DNA of 64,000 nucleotides from Burkholderiales bacterium (GTDB lineage Bacteria > Pseudomonadota > Gammaproteobacteria > Burkholderiales > Nitrosomonadaceae). Position 1 is the first letter of the stretch. Each line of letters begins with the position of its first letter. The stretch is from the NCBI GenBank assembly GCA_024235735.1, contig JACKLU010000009.1:24667-88666 (forward strand), given 5' to 3'. Under the pieces are notes generated by a model. That model did no database searches. It was not told where the DNA came from and was given only the letters and a program-made list of their open reading frames with translations. Of the stretch, positions 50,446 through 60,267 are shown piece by piece. Both the position numbers and the translations under genes were made by a program.

Positions 50446-51315
50446 ATGTCGCAGAAACATCCGGTTATCGCTGTTACCGGATCGTCTGGTGCAGGAACAT
50501 CGACGGTCAAAAATAGTTTTGAGCATATTTTCCGGCGTGAGAATTTGAAAGCCGTTGTCGTTGAAGGGGACAGTTTTCATCGCTATGATCGTGAAGCCAT
50601 GAAGGCAGCTGTTGCCGAATCAGAGAAAAACGGGGGGCGAGCGATTAGTCATTTTGGCCCAGAAGCGAATGAATTTGAGAAACTGGAGGCCTTATTCAAA
50701 GAATACGGTGAAAGCGGTTCCGGACAAACACGTTTATATCTGCATAATGAAGAAGAAGCGGCGCCTTGGAATCAAAAGCCAGGTACATTCACGCCTTGGA
50801 CGCCTGTTGCATCAGGCTCTGATCTCCTTTTTTATGAGGGTTTGCATGGTGGTGTTAAGAGTGATACCGCTGATGTTGCAAAATATGTGGATCTACTGGT
50901 GGGGGTCGTGCCAATCGTCAATCTGGAATGGATACAAAAAATATTCCGTGACACCAACGCGCGAGGTTATTCAGCCGAAGCAGTTACACATACCATTCTA
51001 CGCCGCATGCATGATTACGTGCACTATATAACACCGCAGTTTTCGCGTACGCATATTAATTTCCAGCGTGTACCGACAGTGGATACATCCAATCCATTTA
51101 TCGCCAGGGAAATTCCCACACTTGACGAGAGTCTGGTCGTAATCCGGTTCAGAAATCCGAAACAAATTGATTTCAGGAATCTTTTGGCATTGATTCATGA
51201 TTCATTTATGTCACGTCCAAATACGATTGTTGTTCCAGGCGGTAAAATGGGCATGGCGATAGAATTGATTCTGACGCCATTGATTACGGAACTTGTTGCC
51301 AAAAGCAGAGCTTAG
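50446..51315 (+). CDS. prk: Phosphoribulokinase (Calvin cycle)
   Basis: IAVTGSSGAGT, EGDSFHRYDR, LFYEGLHGG, INFQRVPTVDTSNPF; AGGAGA SD before ATG 50446. Confidence 0.96.
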   Translation: MSQKHPVIAVTGSSGAGTSTVKNSFEHIFRRENLKAVVVEGDSFHRYDREAMKAAVAESEKNGGRAISHFGPEANEFEKLEALFKEYGESGSGQTRLYLHNEEEAAPWNQKPGTFTPWTPVASGSDLLFYEGLHGGVKSDTADVAKYVDLLVGVVPIVNLEWIQKIFRDTNARGYSAEAVTHTILRRMHDYVHYITPQFSRTHINFQRVPTVDTSNPFIAREIPTLDESLVVIRFRNPKQIDFRNLLALIHDSFMSRPNTIVVPGGKMGMAIELILTPLITELVAKSRA

Positions 51316-51468
51316 TTCTTGTTTTTATATTTTTGTTGCGGCAATACATTGACGAATCAGGTTAACAGGTTACCATCGCGGCCATTGATCTGATTCGGAA
51401 TCAGCTTCCGGTTCTCAATTCAAGAAATCCATTCAATGGATTAATTCCATTGATATTATTATTTTTTT

Positions 51469-53679
51469 ATGAATTCCTCTCTGCTTGCTGGCTTAAATCC
51501 TCAACAACTGGAGGCCATTACGCTGTCAGAACAATCAGTGTTGGTGCTTGCAGGAGCCGGTAGTGGAAAAACCCGAGTCCTCACTACGCGCATAGCCTAT
51601 TTGATTCAGACCGGTAAAGTCAGTCCATACAGCATACTCGCCGTCACGTTTACCAACAAAGCAGCTAAGGAAATGCTGGTGCGTATCAATGCCATGTTAC
51701 CGATCAATACGCGTGGTATGTGGATTGGAACGTTTCACGGTTTGTGTAATCGCCTGCTGCGTACACATTATCAGGAGGCTGGATTGCCACAGGCATTCCA
51801 GATTATTGATATCGCGGATCAATTGGCAATGATCAGGCGGATTCTGAAAGCTCTCTCGGTTGATGACAAGCGTTTTCCGCCACGCCAGGTGCAATGGTTC
51901 ATCAACAACGCGAAGGAAGCCGGGCGGCGTGCGGCCAATGTTGTTGCAGATGATCCGTATACCCGTCATTTGCTTGAATTTTATTCAGCATACGAGCGAC
52001 AGTGCGATCGCGAAGGCGTGGTTGATTTTGCAGAATTGCTGTTACGCAGTTATGAAATGCTCAGTCGTAACGAGGTTCTGCGTGAGCATTACCGGGAACG
52101 GTTTGACCATATTCTGGTGGACGAATTTCAGGATACCAACCGACTTCAATATGACTGGCTGAAATTACTGGCCGGGGCTGACGCTGATCGCCATCCGGCC
52201 GCAGTCTTTGTTGTCGGTGACGACGATCAAAGCATTTATGCTTTTCGGGGGGCGGATACTGGGAATATGAAAAGTTTTGAACATGACTTTGGTGTTACTA
52301 AAGTTATCAAGCTGGAACAGAATTATCGTTCGCATGGCAACATCCTTGCGGCTGCCAATGCTGTTATTGCGCGTAATACCGATCGACTCGGGAAACATCT
52401 ATGGACAGCAGATGACCAGGGAGAATTATTGCGCGCGTACCGTGGCTTGAATGATTTTGATGAAGCCAGCTTTATTGTCGATGAAGTCAGAGCTTTGCAA
52501 TCGGAAGGTATACCGTTGGCGCAGATGGCCTTGTTATATCGCTCCAATGCGCAATCCAGAGTGCTTGAGCATAGTCTTTTTAATGCTGCGCTACCATATC
52601 GTGTATACGGTGGCATGCGGTTTTTTGAACGCATGGAAATTAAGCATGCATTGGCGTATTTGCGTTTGATCGCTCATCCGGATGATGATAATGCTCTGTT
52701 GCGTATCATTAATTTTCCTGCGCGCGGTATTGGTGCCCGTTCCCTCGAGCAATTGCAGGATGCCGCGCGCCAGCAAGGTTGCAGCTTGTGGACGGCAGCG
52801 ATTCAAAAGTGTGGTGGCGACAGTCATGCTGCTGCCGGAAGCAACGCTAAAGGCTTGACCGGATTTGTCGGTCTGATTCTGTCAATGCGGCAGGATTGGG
52901 AGAGTCTGCCCCTGCCGCAGATTGTGGAGCGTGTGCTGGTTCAGAGCGGCTTGATATCGCATTACAAAAACGAGCGTGATGGCGCCGACAGGCTTGAGAA
53001 CCTGCATGAACTTGTTAATGCGGCAACCATCTTTGTACACGAAGCGGATGATGATAATTTGATGGCCTTCCTGACGCATGCTTCGCTGGAAGCCGGTGAA
53101 CATCAGGCCGGGAGTGGTCAGGATGCCTTACAACTTATGACTGTGCATGCAGCCAAGGGGCTTGAGTTCCACACTGTTTTTCTGAGCGGATTGGAGGAAG
53201 GACTTTTCCCGCATGAAAACAGTTTGAATGATATCAATGGGTTGGAAGAAGAACGGCGTTTGATGTATGTTGCCATGACACGCGCACGCCGCCGCTTATA
53301 CCTGACTTTGGCGCAGAGTCGAATGTTGCATGGACAGACACGTTATAATATTCCATCGCGGTTTCTGGACGAAGTGCCGGAAAAGCTTCTGAAATGGTTA
53401 AGTCCAGCTGTCGGAGTGAAAACGAATGATAATTTCGTTGTCGCAGATTCGGCTAATGATTTCCGTTACAATCGTGCAATCCAAAGAAATTCGCTCAATC
53501 AATCTTCAGGGAATGCTGCGCAGTGGCGAATCGGCCAGATTATCCGGCATGCCAAATTTGGGGAAGGCGTGATTATTGCTTATGAAGGTGCAGGCAATGA
53601 TGCGCGTGTGCAGATAAAATTCAATGACGTCGGGATCAAATGGCTGATGTTGGAATACGCAAAACTGACGCCCGTATAA
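51469..53679 (+). CDS. uvrD: DNA helicase II
   Basis: AGAGSGKT, TFTNKAA, DEFQDTN, GDDDQSIY, QNYRS, EERRLMYVAMTRA, C-terminal Tudor-like domain. Confidence 0.93.
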   Translation: MNSSLLAGLNPQQLEAITLSEQSVLVLAGAGSGKTRVLTTRIAYLIQTGKVSPYSILAVTFTNKAAKEMLVRINAMLPINTRGMWIGTFHGLCNRLLRTHYQEAGLPQAFQIIDIADQLAMIRRILKALSVDDKRFPPRQVQWFINNAKEAGRRAANVVADDPYTRHLLEFYSAYERQCDREGVVDFAELLLRSYEMLSRNEVLREHYRERFDHILVDEFQDTNRLQYDWLKLLAGADADRHPAAVFVVGDDDQSIYAFRGADTGNMKSFEHDFGVTKVIKLEQNYRSHGNILAAANAVIARNTDRLGKHLWTADDQGELLRAYRGLNDFDEASFIVDEVRALQSEGIPLAQMALLYRSNAQSRVLEHSLFNAALPYRVYGGMRFFERMEIKHALAYLRLIAHPDDDNALLRIINFPARGIGARSLEQLQDAARQQGCSLWTAAIQKCGGDSHAAAGSNAKGLTGFVGLILSMRQDWESLPLPQIVERVLVQSGLISHYKNERDGADRLENLHELVNAATIFVHEADDDNLMAFLTHASLEAGEHQAGSGQDALQLMTVHAAKGLEFHTVFLSGLEEGLFPHENSLNDINGLEEERRLMYVAMTRARRRLYLTLAQSRMLHGQTRYNIPSRFLDEVPEKLLKWLSPAVGVKTNDNFVVADSANDFRYNRAIQRNSLNQSSGNAAQWRIGQIIRHAKFGEGVIIAYEGAGNDARVQIKFNDVGIKWLMLEYAKLTPV

Positions 53680-53781
53680 TTTCATTCGTTCTATTTTGGG
53701 CGACCACCCAGCCTGTTCTTTCTTCTTTTGGGTATAAAGTTGCGGAACAAACGCTGGGGGAAAGTAGCAATACCCGTTTAT

Positions 53782-53979
53782 TTACTCTTTGTTTTTCTCT
53801 AAAGCATTGCATTTGTCAATGAATGCCTGACGGGCGGTTTCGTCATTTTTAAACTCCGCCAGTGATTTTTCCATGCCTCTTCCCGAACAATTCACCGTAT
53901 TTGCCTCTGGCAGGCCGTCGCAGCCGATTAGAACGATGCTGAGCCCAAGAATACAGGCGACATTCCCTTTAAATTTCAT
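53782..53979 (-). CDS. TrbK-like entry-exclusion lipoprotein (orphan)
   Basis: AAGGAGA SD; lipobox LIGC; PEANTVNC...RQAFIDKC resembles the PEVNDENC...QQAFSSLC pattern of ICE TrbK proteins as recalled. Confidence 0.6.
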   Translation of the reverse strand: MKFKGNVACILGLSIVLIGCDGLPEANTVNCSGRGMEKSLAEFKNDETARQAFIDKCNALEKNKE

Positions 53980-54755
53980 TTGGTTTCTCCTTTGTAAATG
54001 AACGATGACTGGTGCTGTGAGTTCGATTTTATTAAATCGTTTTATGCGATTCTACCGGTGAATCGAATATTGATATTCTACCTGAATCTCTGCGGTCTGA
54101 GAATTTTGGTGAATAAACCGGACCAGAAGCGTTTGTGGTTAATGTTTAAATGTGTAATGCCGATACCAATAGACGTATTTTTATGATTCTTATCCAAAAT
54201 GCCCACGCTACGTTTCAAAATTATTTTATCGAAAAAAAAGGAAGGATCCACGCTAGCTGACACACATTTGAGCGATCTGAAACGAATCATCGCAAAATTG
54301 TTTAACCGGTTTGTTAACAGCGATCTGCTGCCTTATATGATGGCACCCTTGGCCTTTCTGGCATTAATGTATCTGGAGTGGCTTTATTTGACTATGTTAT
54401 GATGCACATTCTGGTCTACGGGTTCGCGATCAGAGCCACCCAAGCTGCTGGTAATGTCATGTAGTTTCAGACCCGCGAGAACTGGAACCATAGCTACATC
54501 TTTTTTGGTTTTCCATCTCAACCGCTCAAGTTGTTCAACTGTCATTACCGTTTTTTGGAAAAGCGACTGAAAGAGACCTTCCTGTTCAGTTTTTTTGAGC
54601 TATGCCGACCGTCTCCGTCCGGGATTGTTTAGCCTGCTTTAAACATTTTTCTGCCGTACCTGATGCGATACTACAAGTTCATCCGAAATTCGCCGCCATC
54701 CAGTAAACGTTCCGGAACGAAAGCCTCTTTGCAATTTCTGTCGCCATGACATGCG

Positions 54756-55034
54756 TTACTCCTCCCACCAATAATCCGGCGGCAAGAAATGAAATAATAA
54801 TTTTGCGTCTTTTTTCATATTTTTTCCTGATTTGAAGCGACCAATGTTAAATCTTTGCGCAGATTGGAGGCCAAACATGAAGCTATTTGGTTGACTGTCA
54901 GCGCACTCAAAATAAACAATCTTTTCTGTGGTTTTTTCCACTTCAAGCGGAAATGTGGGGGAATCAGGGTTGTTCCAGGAAGCAAAAAGAGAGAATAAAA
55001 ACTGGTATAAATCAATTTTGACTGTTATGCTCAT
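54756..55034 (-). CDS. Hypothetical 92-aa protein
   Basis: ATG-started ORF with protein-like composition but no clear SD and no recognised motif. Confidence 0.35.
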   Translation of the reverse strand: MSITVKIDLYQFLFSLFASWNNPDSPTFPLEVEKTTEKIVYFECADSQPNSFMFGLQSAQRFNIGRFKSGKNMKKDAKLLFHFLPPDYWWEE

Positions 55035-55122
55035 GAACAGTTAAATGATAACTATCTGCTTATAAGAATAAAAAAATTAATCTCTATGTCACTGATGCCA
55101 CAGCGCGAAGAAAAAGAAAAAA

Positions 55123-56355
55123 ATGGAAGTTGCCGACCTTAAAATTCTGCTCGTCGACGATGACACATTTATACTGAAGCTGTTGACCAAGATGCTCGTC
55201 AATCATGGTTTTAAATCAATTGAGGCTTGTGATAACGGTCCTGATGCGCTAAAAAAAATCGACCATCCCCAAACGCGTCCTGATTTGATTCTGTTGGACC
55301 TCAATATGCCGGATATGGATGGTATTGAGTTTGTTAGGTATTTGGTCGAACGGCGCTATCAAGGCAGTCTGGTGCTTGTCAGCGGAGAAGACGAGCGCAT
55401 GCTGAAAACAGCGGAAAAGCTGGTGCATGCCCATCAGATTACGATGCTGGGATATCTCCACAAGCCGGTCAGTCCGGACAAACTGGTTAATCTGATAAAA
55501 AAATGGGCGCCGCCGGAGGGAAATCATCGAATAACTCCGCTGGCTAAAAAAAATTATGATGCCGCAGCTTTGAAAAGCGCGATATCCAATCGAGAGTTGG
55601 TGAATTATTATCAGCCCAAGGTAGCTGTGAAGACTGGTGCAGTGATTGGCGCTGAGACCCTGGTGCGTTGGCGGCATCCAACTGATGGGCTGGTATTTCC
55701 AGATCAGTTTATTAAAACGGCGGAGCAAGAGGGGCTGATCAACGACCTCACTTCGCTGGTGTTGAGCCAAGCATTGGCGCAGGCCAGAGTCTGGCATGAA
55801 AGTGGTTACGCATTACGGGTGGCGATCAATGTTTCCATGGACAATTTGGCATCGCTGAATTTCCAGGACCTTGTTGTCAATCTTGCGATTGACAACGGTC
55901 TCTCGCCTCAAAACATTGTACTCGAAGTGACGGAAAGTCAATTAATGAGTGCGGACGCGCGGGTGCCCTTGGAAATTCTGACGCGATTACGGCTGAAACG
56001 CTTTCATCTGTCGATTGATGATTTCGGCACCGGTCATTCGTCAATGGCGCAGCTACGCGATATTCCTTTTGATGAACTCAAGATTGATCAAGGCTTTGTC
56101 CATCGCGCCTGGGCGGATGAGACATTGCGCGCCATCTATGATGCAAGCCTTTCCATGGCTAAGCAGTTGGGTATGGAAGTTGTGGCGGAAGGTGTTGCAG
56201 ATGAAAAGGACTGGCTTTTTTTGCAACAGACAGGTTGTGACTATGCGCAGGGTAATTTTGTATCCAAACCGTTACTGGCGGATGACTTTGTATCGTGGAT
56301 GCATGAGTGGGATAATCGTGTCCGGCAGGGGAAGCTGCTAAGCGATTCTGCCTAG
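55123..56355 (+). CDS. Response regulator receiver + EAL c-di-GMP phosphodiesterase
   Basis: LLVDDD...LLDLNMPDMDG receiver; YQPKV, ETLVRW, EVTES, IDDFGTG, ELKID, AEGV, QGN. Confidence 0.92.
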   Translation: MEVADLKILLVDDDTFILKLLTKMLVNHGFKSIEACDNGPDALKKIDHPQTRPDLILLDLNMPDMDGIEFVRYLVERRYQGSLVLVSGEDERMLKTAEKLVHAHQITMLGYLHKPVSPDKLVNLIKKWAPPEGNHRITPLAKKNYDAAALKSAISNRELVNYYQPKVAVKTGAVIGAETLVRWRHPTDGLVFPDQFIKTAEQEGLINDLTSLVLSQALAQARVWHESGYALRVAINVSMDNLASLNFQDLVVNLAIDNGLSPQNIVLEVTESQLMSADARVPLEILTRLRLKRFHLSIDDFGTGHSSMAQLRDIPFDELKIDQGFVHRAWADETLRAIYDASLSMAKQLGMEVVAEGVADEKDWLFLQQTGCDYAQGNFVSKPLLADDFVSWMHEWDNRVRQGKLLSDSA

Positions 56356-56499
56356 CACAGCACACCGCTGCATTATTTGCAAAAGACATTGAATTCGCCG
56401 ATTTTCATTTATTGATTTATTCTATTATTATTGAATTCCATAGCGCTTAATTAGCAAGAAGAAACGCTATGGAACAAAAGTTATGGAATAAAAACCAGC

Positions 56500-56691
56500 C
56501 TAATAGGCCGAATCTGAATCAATTGATCTGGCTTTTCCGCCTCCTTCCTGATCGCCCGAAGGTATTTGGTGGAATGGCTGAATGGTTTTGCCATAGGCAT
56601 CTGGATCAGGTGTTTCCGGTGCAGTGGGCCGGCCCCCGCACGCAATCAATATCAGAGCAATCGATAAAGCTAAAAAAATTCTAAATTTCAT
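56500..56691 (-). CDS. 63-aa small lipoprotein of unknown function
   Basis: AGGGGAG SD; MKFRIFLALSIALILIAC lipoprotein signal; FNR-type promoter upstream. Confidence 0.7.
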   Translation of the reverse strand: MKFRIFLALSIALILIACGGRPTAPETPDPDAYGKTIQPFHQIPSGDQEGGGKARSIDSDSAY

Positions 56692-56732
56692 AAAACTCCC
56701 CTTGTACGCATTATTGAATTTGCTTTTAATAG

Positions 56733-56781
56733 CAGGTGCATACTATCGATTAAGATTCCGAGTGATATTGATCTTAATCAA
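56733..56781 (-). promoter_or_regulatory. Class II FNR/ANR/DNR-type promoter
   Basis: Perfect TTGAT-CTTA-ATCAA (56768-56781) centred 41.5 nt from the TSS (56733) implied by -10 TAGTAT (56745-56740, minus strand). Confidence 0.75.
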
Positions 56782-56856
56782 ACAACTCCTTTGGGAAGAG
56801 GAATGTAAATTACGCGAAGCGGAATAAAGCAGCTTTTGAAGAAAGTCGGTGAAAAG

Positions 56857-57993
56857 CTACGGTCTCAAATTGTCATTTGTAAATACCGCAATCTGATTTC
56901 TGCCGCCTTCTTTGGCCTGATACAAGGCTGCATCTGCTCTGGCGAGCAATAGTGTGCCGATTGACTCGCAATTCGGTTTCTCCTGCGGCGATGATGGGCA
57001 GAAATTTTTCAGATTGGCCATGCCAATCGAAATGGATACTCGAAATTGTTCACCCTGGAAATCGTATAAATTTGAGTAAACCGACTGACGCAAACGCTCG
57101 GCTATTTCGTGAGCAGATTGCAGTGATGTTGCCGGAAGCACAACGACAAACTCTTCTCCGCCGTAGCGCGCCACGATGTCACAGGCGCGTATCTGCATTT
57201 TTATCAGACTGGCTGTGCGTACTAAAACATCATCGCCGATCTGATGGCCATAGGTATCATTAATGCGTTTGAAAAAATCTACATCGAGAAACATGCACAC
57301 CAGATCGTCTTTCCAGCGCAGACTGCGAGCGATTTCGTCCTTTAGGCGCAGATCAAAGTAACGGCGGTTATAAACCCGCGTCAATACGTCCTGATAACTG
57401 ATTTCCCTGAGCCGTTGTTGATTGAGGCAGTTTTCAATGGCGACTGCGATCATGGCGGATAATTTTTGCAGAAAAAACGTGCCAATGCCCTGTGGATAGC
57501 GTTTCGCATCATCACTCAGAAGCAGTAAGGCACCGATAATACGCTTTCTCCGCATCAATGGAAGATATGCGGCACTTTTGAAAGGTGCTTTATTGTTCAG
57601 GCCAGTGATCATCCAATGGCATTTTTCAAGGACATCTGCGCCTGTTAATGATACCTTGTCTAATGTATCAATAATTCTGGAATCTTTGACGGTATCAAGT
57701 ATCCGCAGCCTGTTTTCATGGTTCGTTCGGGTTTTTTCATCCTGATCGAAGAACAGGCGCGCCGTATCCTTATGCTGATCAATGAGACACAGCACAACGT
57801 CCTGCAATTGAAAGCGCACTTTCAGTTGTGAAAATAATAAATAGCGCAATTCTGTTGGCGTGTTCGCATCGATAATTTCAAAACCGAAAGTTTCGTACTG
57901 CGTCTGCTTTTTTTCGTTATCCCTGGCATGCCGGATCAAATCATCAAGCTTGGTTTGCAGCAGACTATTTTTAATATGACCGGGGATGTTCAT
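56857..57993 (-). CDS. DUF484/GAF-like + GGDEF diguanylate cyclase
   Basis: DVLTRVYNRR, DVDFFKRINDTYGHQIGD, I-site RACD, RYGGEEF. Confidence 0.9.
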   Translation of the reverse strand: MNIPGHIKNSLLQTKLDDLIRHARDNEKKQTQYETFGFEIIDANTPTELRYLLFSQLKVRFQLQDVVLCLIDQHKDTARLFFDQDEKTRTNHENRLRILDTVKDSRIIDTLDKVSLTGADVLEKCHWMITGLNNKAPFKSAAYLPLMRRKRIIGALLLLSDDAKRYPQGIGTFFLQKLSAMIAVAIENCLNQQRLREISYQDVLTRVYNRRYFDLRLKDEIARSLRWKDDLVCMFLDVDFFKRINDTYGHQIGDDVLVRTASLIKMQIRACDIVARYGGEEFVVVLPATSLQSAHEIAERLRQSVYSNLYDFQGEQFRVSISIGMANLKNFCPSSPQEKPNCESIGTLLLARADAALYQAKEGGRNQIAVFTNDNLRP

Positions 57994-58046
57994 TTTGTGA
58001 TTTCTGACTTGTCATGCCAGCGGATTATCGCATATCCGTCAAGTCC

Positions 58047-58889
58047 TTAACATAGATTTTGTTGGTCAGTACATGTTCTTTCCTGCAGCATGCGAACAAT
58101 CCACCAGATTGCCAGCGCTGCTATCAAATGCTTCAACGTGTGACCGCTGACTATCTGTCCCAGAGTGAAAATCTGCTGATCCAATGTTTCAGCTACTTTT
58201 GCCAGCGCGTAAAACCCAATGGCCTGGAGTACCCTGTTGCCGTGTGTGTAAGCGGTGGGCAGCATCAGACTCAGGAGTGCTATGAGCAATAATGAATAAA
58301 ACTGTATGACAATATAAAAATTCAGATTGCCGGCACCCTGCTGCTCGCTCCAATACCAGTACAATACGCTTGCCGCGCCGATTGACACGAGCACCGGCAA
58401 TAAATGAAACCCCAGTTTGGGATCGACACGTTCGGACAATGTCGCTGCAAGCAGCGCCATAATGCCGATTGCGATGGGCAGGCGATCCCAGAGCAGTGCC
58501 GTATTATCGGGGTGCCAATGGTAACAGGCTGATCCCAGGGCGGTCATGACAATGCTGAGAAAAAAAATCCGATACGGCCACACTTCCGCGGAAGTTCTAA
58601 ACGGCCGCCGATTGAATTCATGCCTGCTGCCTGTTATATGTCGAAGACAAAATAGGCCTGCGATGCCGCTGAACAAAATGGCAAGGTTGGAGGCCACGTT
58701 CATGAAATTAGGTATGCCCAGCAGCCGCCGCTGATCGGCAAATCCGTGGTAATCATGGGGCTGCGCGATCGGCGGCAATGCAGCTGCGCTCAGTATAACA
58801 AGGAAAGAAAATGCGCCTAGAAAATATAATAGCCGCAGTGTTTCTCGATTCAGTTTATGCGGGCCTTTTGTATAATCGGTTTCAGTCAT
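58047..58889 (-). CDS. CREST-superfamily (ceramidase-like) membrane hydrolase
   Basis: HGFADQR...NVASNL, GSACYHW, WDRLP, GHTLKH; start overlaps the radA stop (ATGACTGA). Confidence 0.75.
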   Translation of the reverse strand: MTETDYTKGPHKLNRETLRLLYFLGAFSFLVILSAAALPPIAQPHDYHGFADQRRLLGIPNFMNVASNLAILFSGIAGLFCLRHITGSRHEFNRRPFRTSAEVWPYRIFFLSIVMTALGSACYHWHPDNTALLWDRLPIAIGIMALLAATLSERVDPKLGFHLLPVLVSIGAASVLYWYWSEQQGAGNLNFYIVIQFYSLLLIALLSLMLPTAYTHGNRVLQAIGFYALAKVAETLDQQIFTLGQIVSGHTLKHLIAALAIWWIVRMLQERTCTDQQNLC

Positions 58890-60234
58890 ACATCCGCCCA
58901 ACAGCATCTCGTACATTATTAACAGCGATGATTTCCATACCGGCGATGGATTGTTTCGGTTTATTCGCCTGAGGAATGATGGCGCGGGAAAATCCAAGTT
59001 TGGCGGCTTCCTTTAATCGCTCCTGCCCGCGCTGAACGGGACGGACTTCACCTGCGAGTCCTACTTCGCCGATAACCACCATTTTTTCCGCCAACGGTTT
59101 GTTTTTCAGCGAAGAGACAATGGCCAGCAAAATGGCCAGATCCGCGCCGGGTTCCGCAATTTTGACGCCACCGACAGCATTGACGAAAACATCCTGGTCA
59201 AAACAGGGAATACCGGCATGACGGTGCAACACGGCCAGCAGCATGGCTAACCGGTTTTGTTCCAGACCAACGCATAAACGTTTGGAATGCGGTGCACGCG
59301 CCTCGTCGACAAGGGCTTGTATTTCAACCAGCAGCGGGCGCGTGCCTTCCTGCGTCACCATGACACATGAACCGGCCACCTGACCACCATGATGCGACAG
59401 AAATAAAGCCGATGGATTTTTGACTTCGCGTAGCCCCTTCTCGCTCATGGCGAAGACACCCAGCTCATTGACCGCGCCAAAACGGTTCTTGAAAGCGCGG
59501 ATCAGGCGGAAGCTTGAATGCATATCGCCTTCGAAATATAAAACGGTATCCACCATATGCTCGAGAACACGGGGCCCTGCCAGAGCGCCTTCTTTTGTCA
59601 CATGACCGATGAGAATGATCGCAGTGCCGCTGGATTTAGCTTGCCGTGTGAGTTGCGCGGCACATTCGCGTACTTGCGCGACTGAGCCGGGGGCGGACTG
59701 AAGTATTTCCGAATAAATCGTTTGAATCGAGTCAATTACAACTATGCGGGGTTGATGCGCATTCAACGTTTGCTGTATTTTTTCCAGCTGTATTTCTGCA
59801 AGGAGGGGTACGGATTGGACATTGAGCGCGAGTCTTCTGGCGCGAAGCGCTACCTGTTGGGCGGATTCTTCGCCACTGACATACAGTACTTTGCAGTCAA
59901 TAGACATTTGCGCCAGCGCTTGCAGCAATAAGGTGGATTTACCGATACCTGGATCACCGCCGAGCAACACAACGCCGCCGCGCACCATGCCGCCGCCGAG
60001 CACGCGATCCAATTCGGAAATGCCGGTGGAATAGCGCGGTTCTTCCTGCGTTTCAATATCACACAGATTTTGCACCTGGTCTGTATCGGATACCGGACTG
60101 AAACGTGATATTTCTTTTTCGGTCACGGTTTCAACAAGTGTATTCCATGACTGGCATTGCGGGCATTGGCCCTGCCATTTCAAGGTTTGTCCGCCGCATT
60201 CGGTGCATACATAGACTGATTTTTGTTTAACCAT
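58882..60234 (-). CDS. radA: DNA repair protein RadA (Sms)
   Basis: CTECG...CPQC zinc finger, GGDPGIGKST, KNRFG, Lon-like C-terminus. Confidence 0.97.
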   Translation of the reverse strand: MVKQKSVYVCTECGGQTLKWQGQCPQCQSWNTLVETVTEKEISRFSPVSDTDQVQNLCDIETQEEPRYSTGISELDRVLGGGMVRGGVVLLGGDPGIGKSTLLLQALAQMSIDCKVLYVSGEESAQQVALRARRLALNVQSVPLLAEIQLEKIQQTLNAHQPRIVVIDSIQTIYSEILQSAPGSVAQVRECAAQLTRQAKSSGTAIILIGHVTKEGALAGPRVLEHMVDTVLYFEGDMHSSFRLIRAFKNRFGAVNELGVFAMSEKGLREVKNPSALFLSHHGGQVAGSCVMVTQEGTRPLLVEIQALVDEARAPHSKRLCVGLEQNRLAMLLAVLHRHAGIPCFDQDVFVNAVGGVKIAEPGADLAILLAIVSSLKNKPLAEKMVVIGEVGLAGEVRPVQRGQERLKEAAKLGFSRAIIPQANKPKQSIAGMEIIAVNNVRDAVGRMYD

Positions 60235-60267
60235 TAGCAATCCGCCAGACGATAGGGGGACAGCAAT

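Noticed and set aside
54199-54402. 67-aa plus-strand ORF with a hydrophobic C-terminus
   Set aside because: No convincing start/SD pairing or family resemblance; cannot be distinguished from chance.
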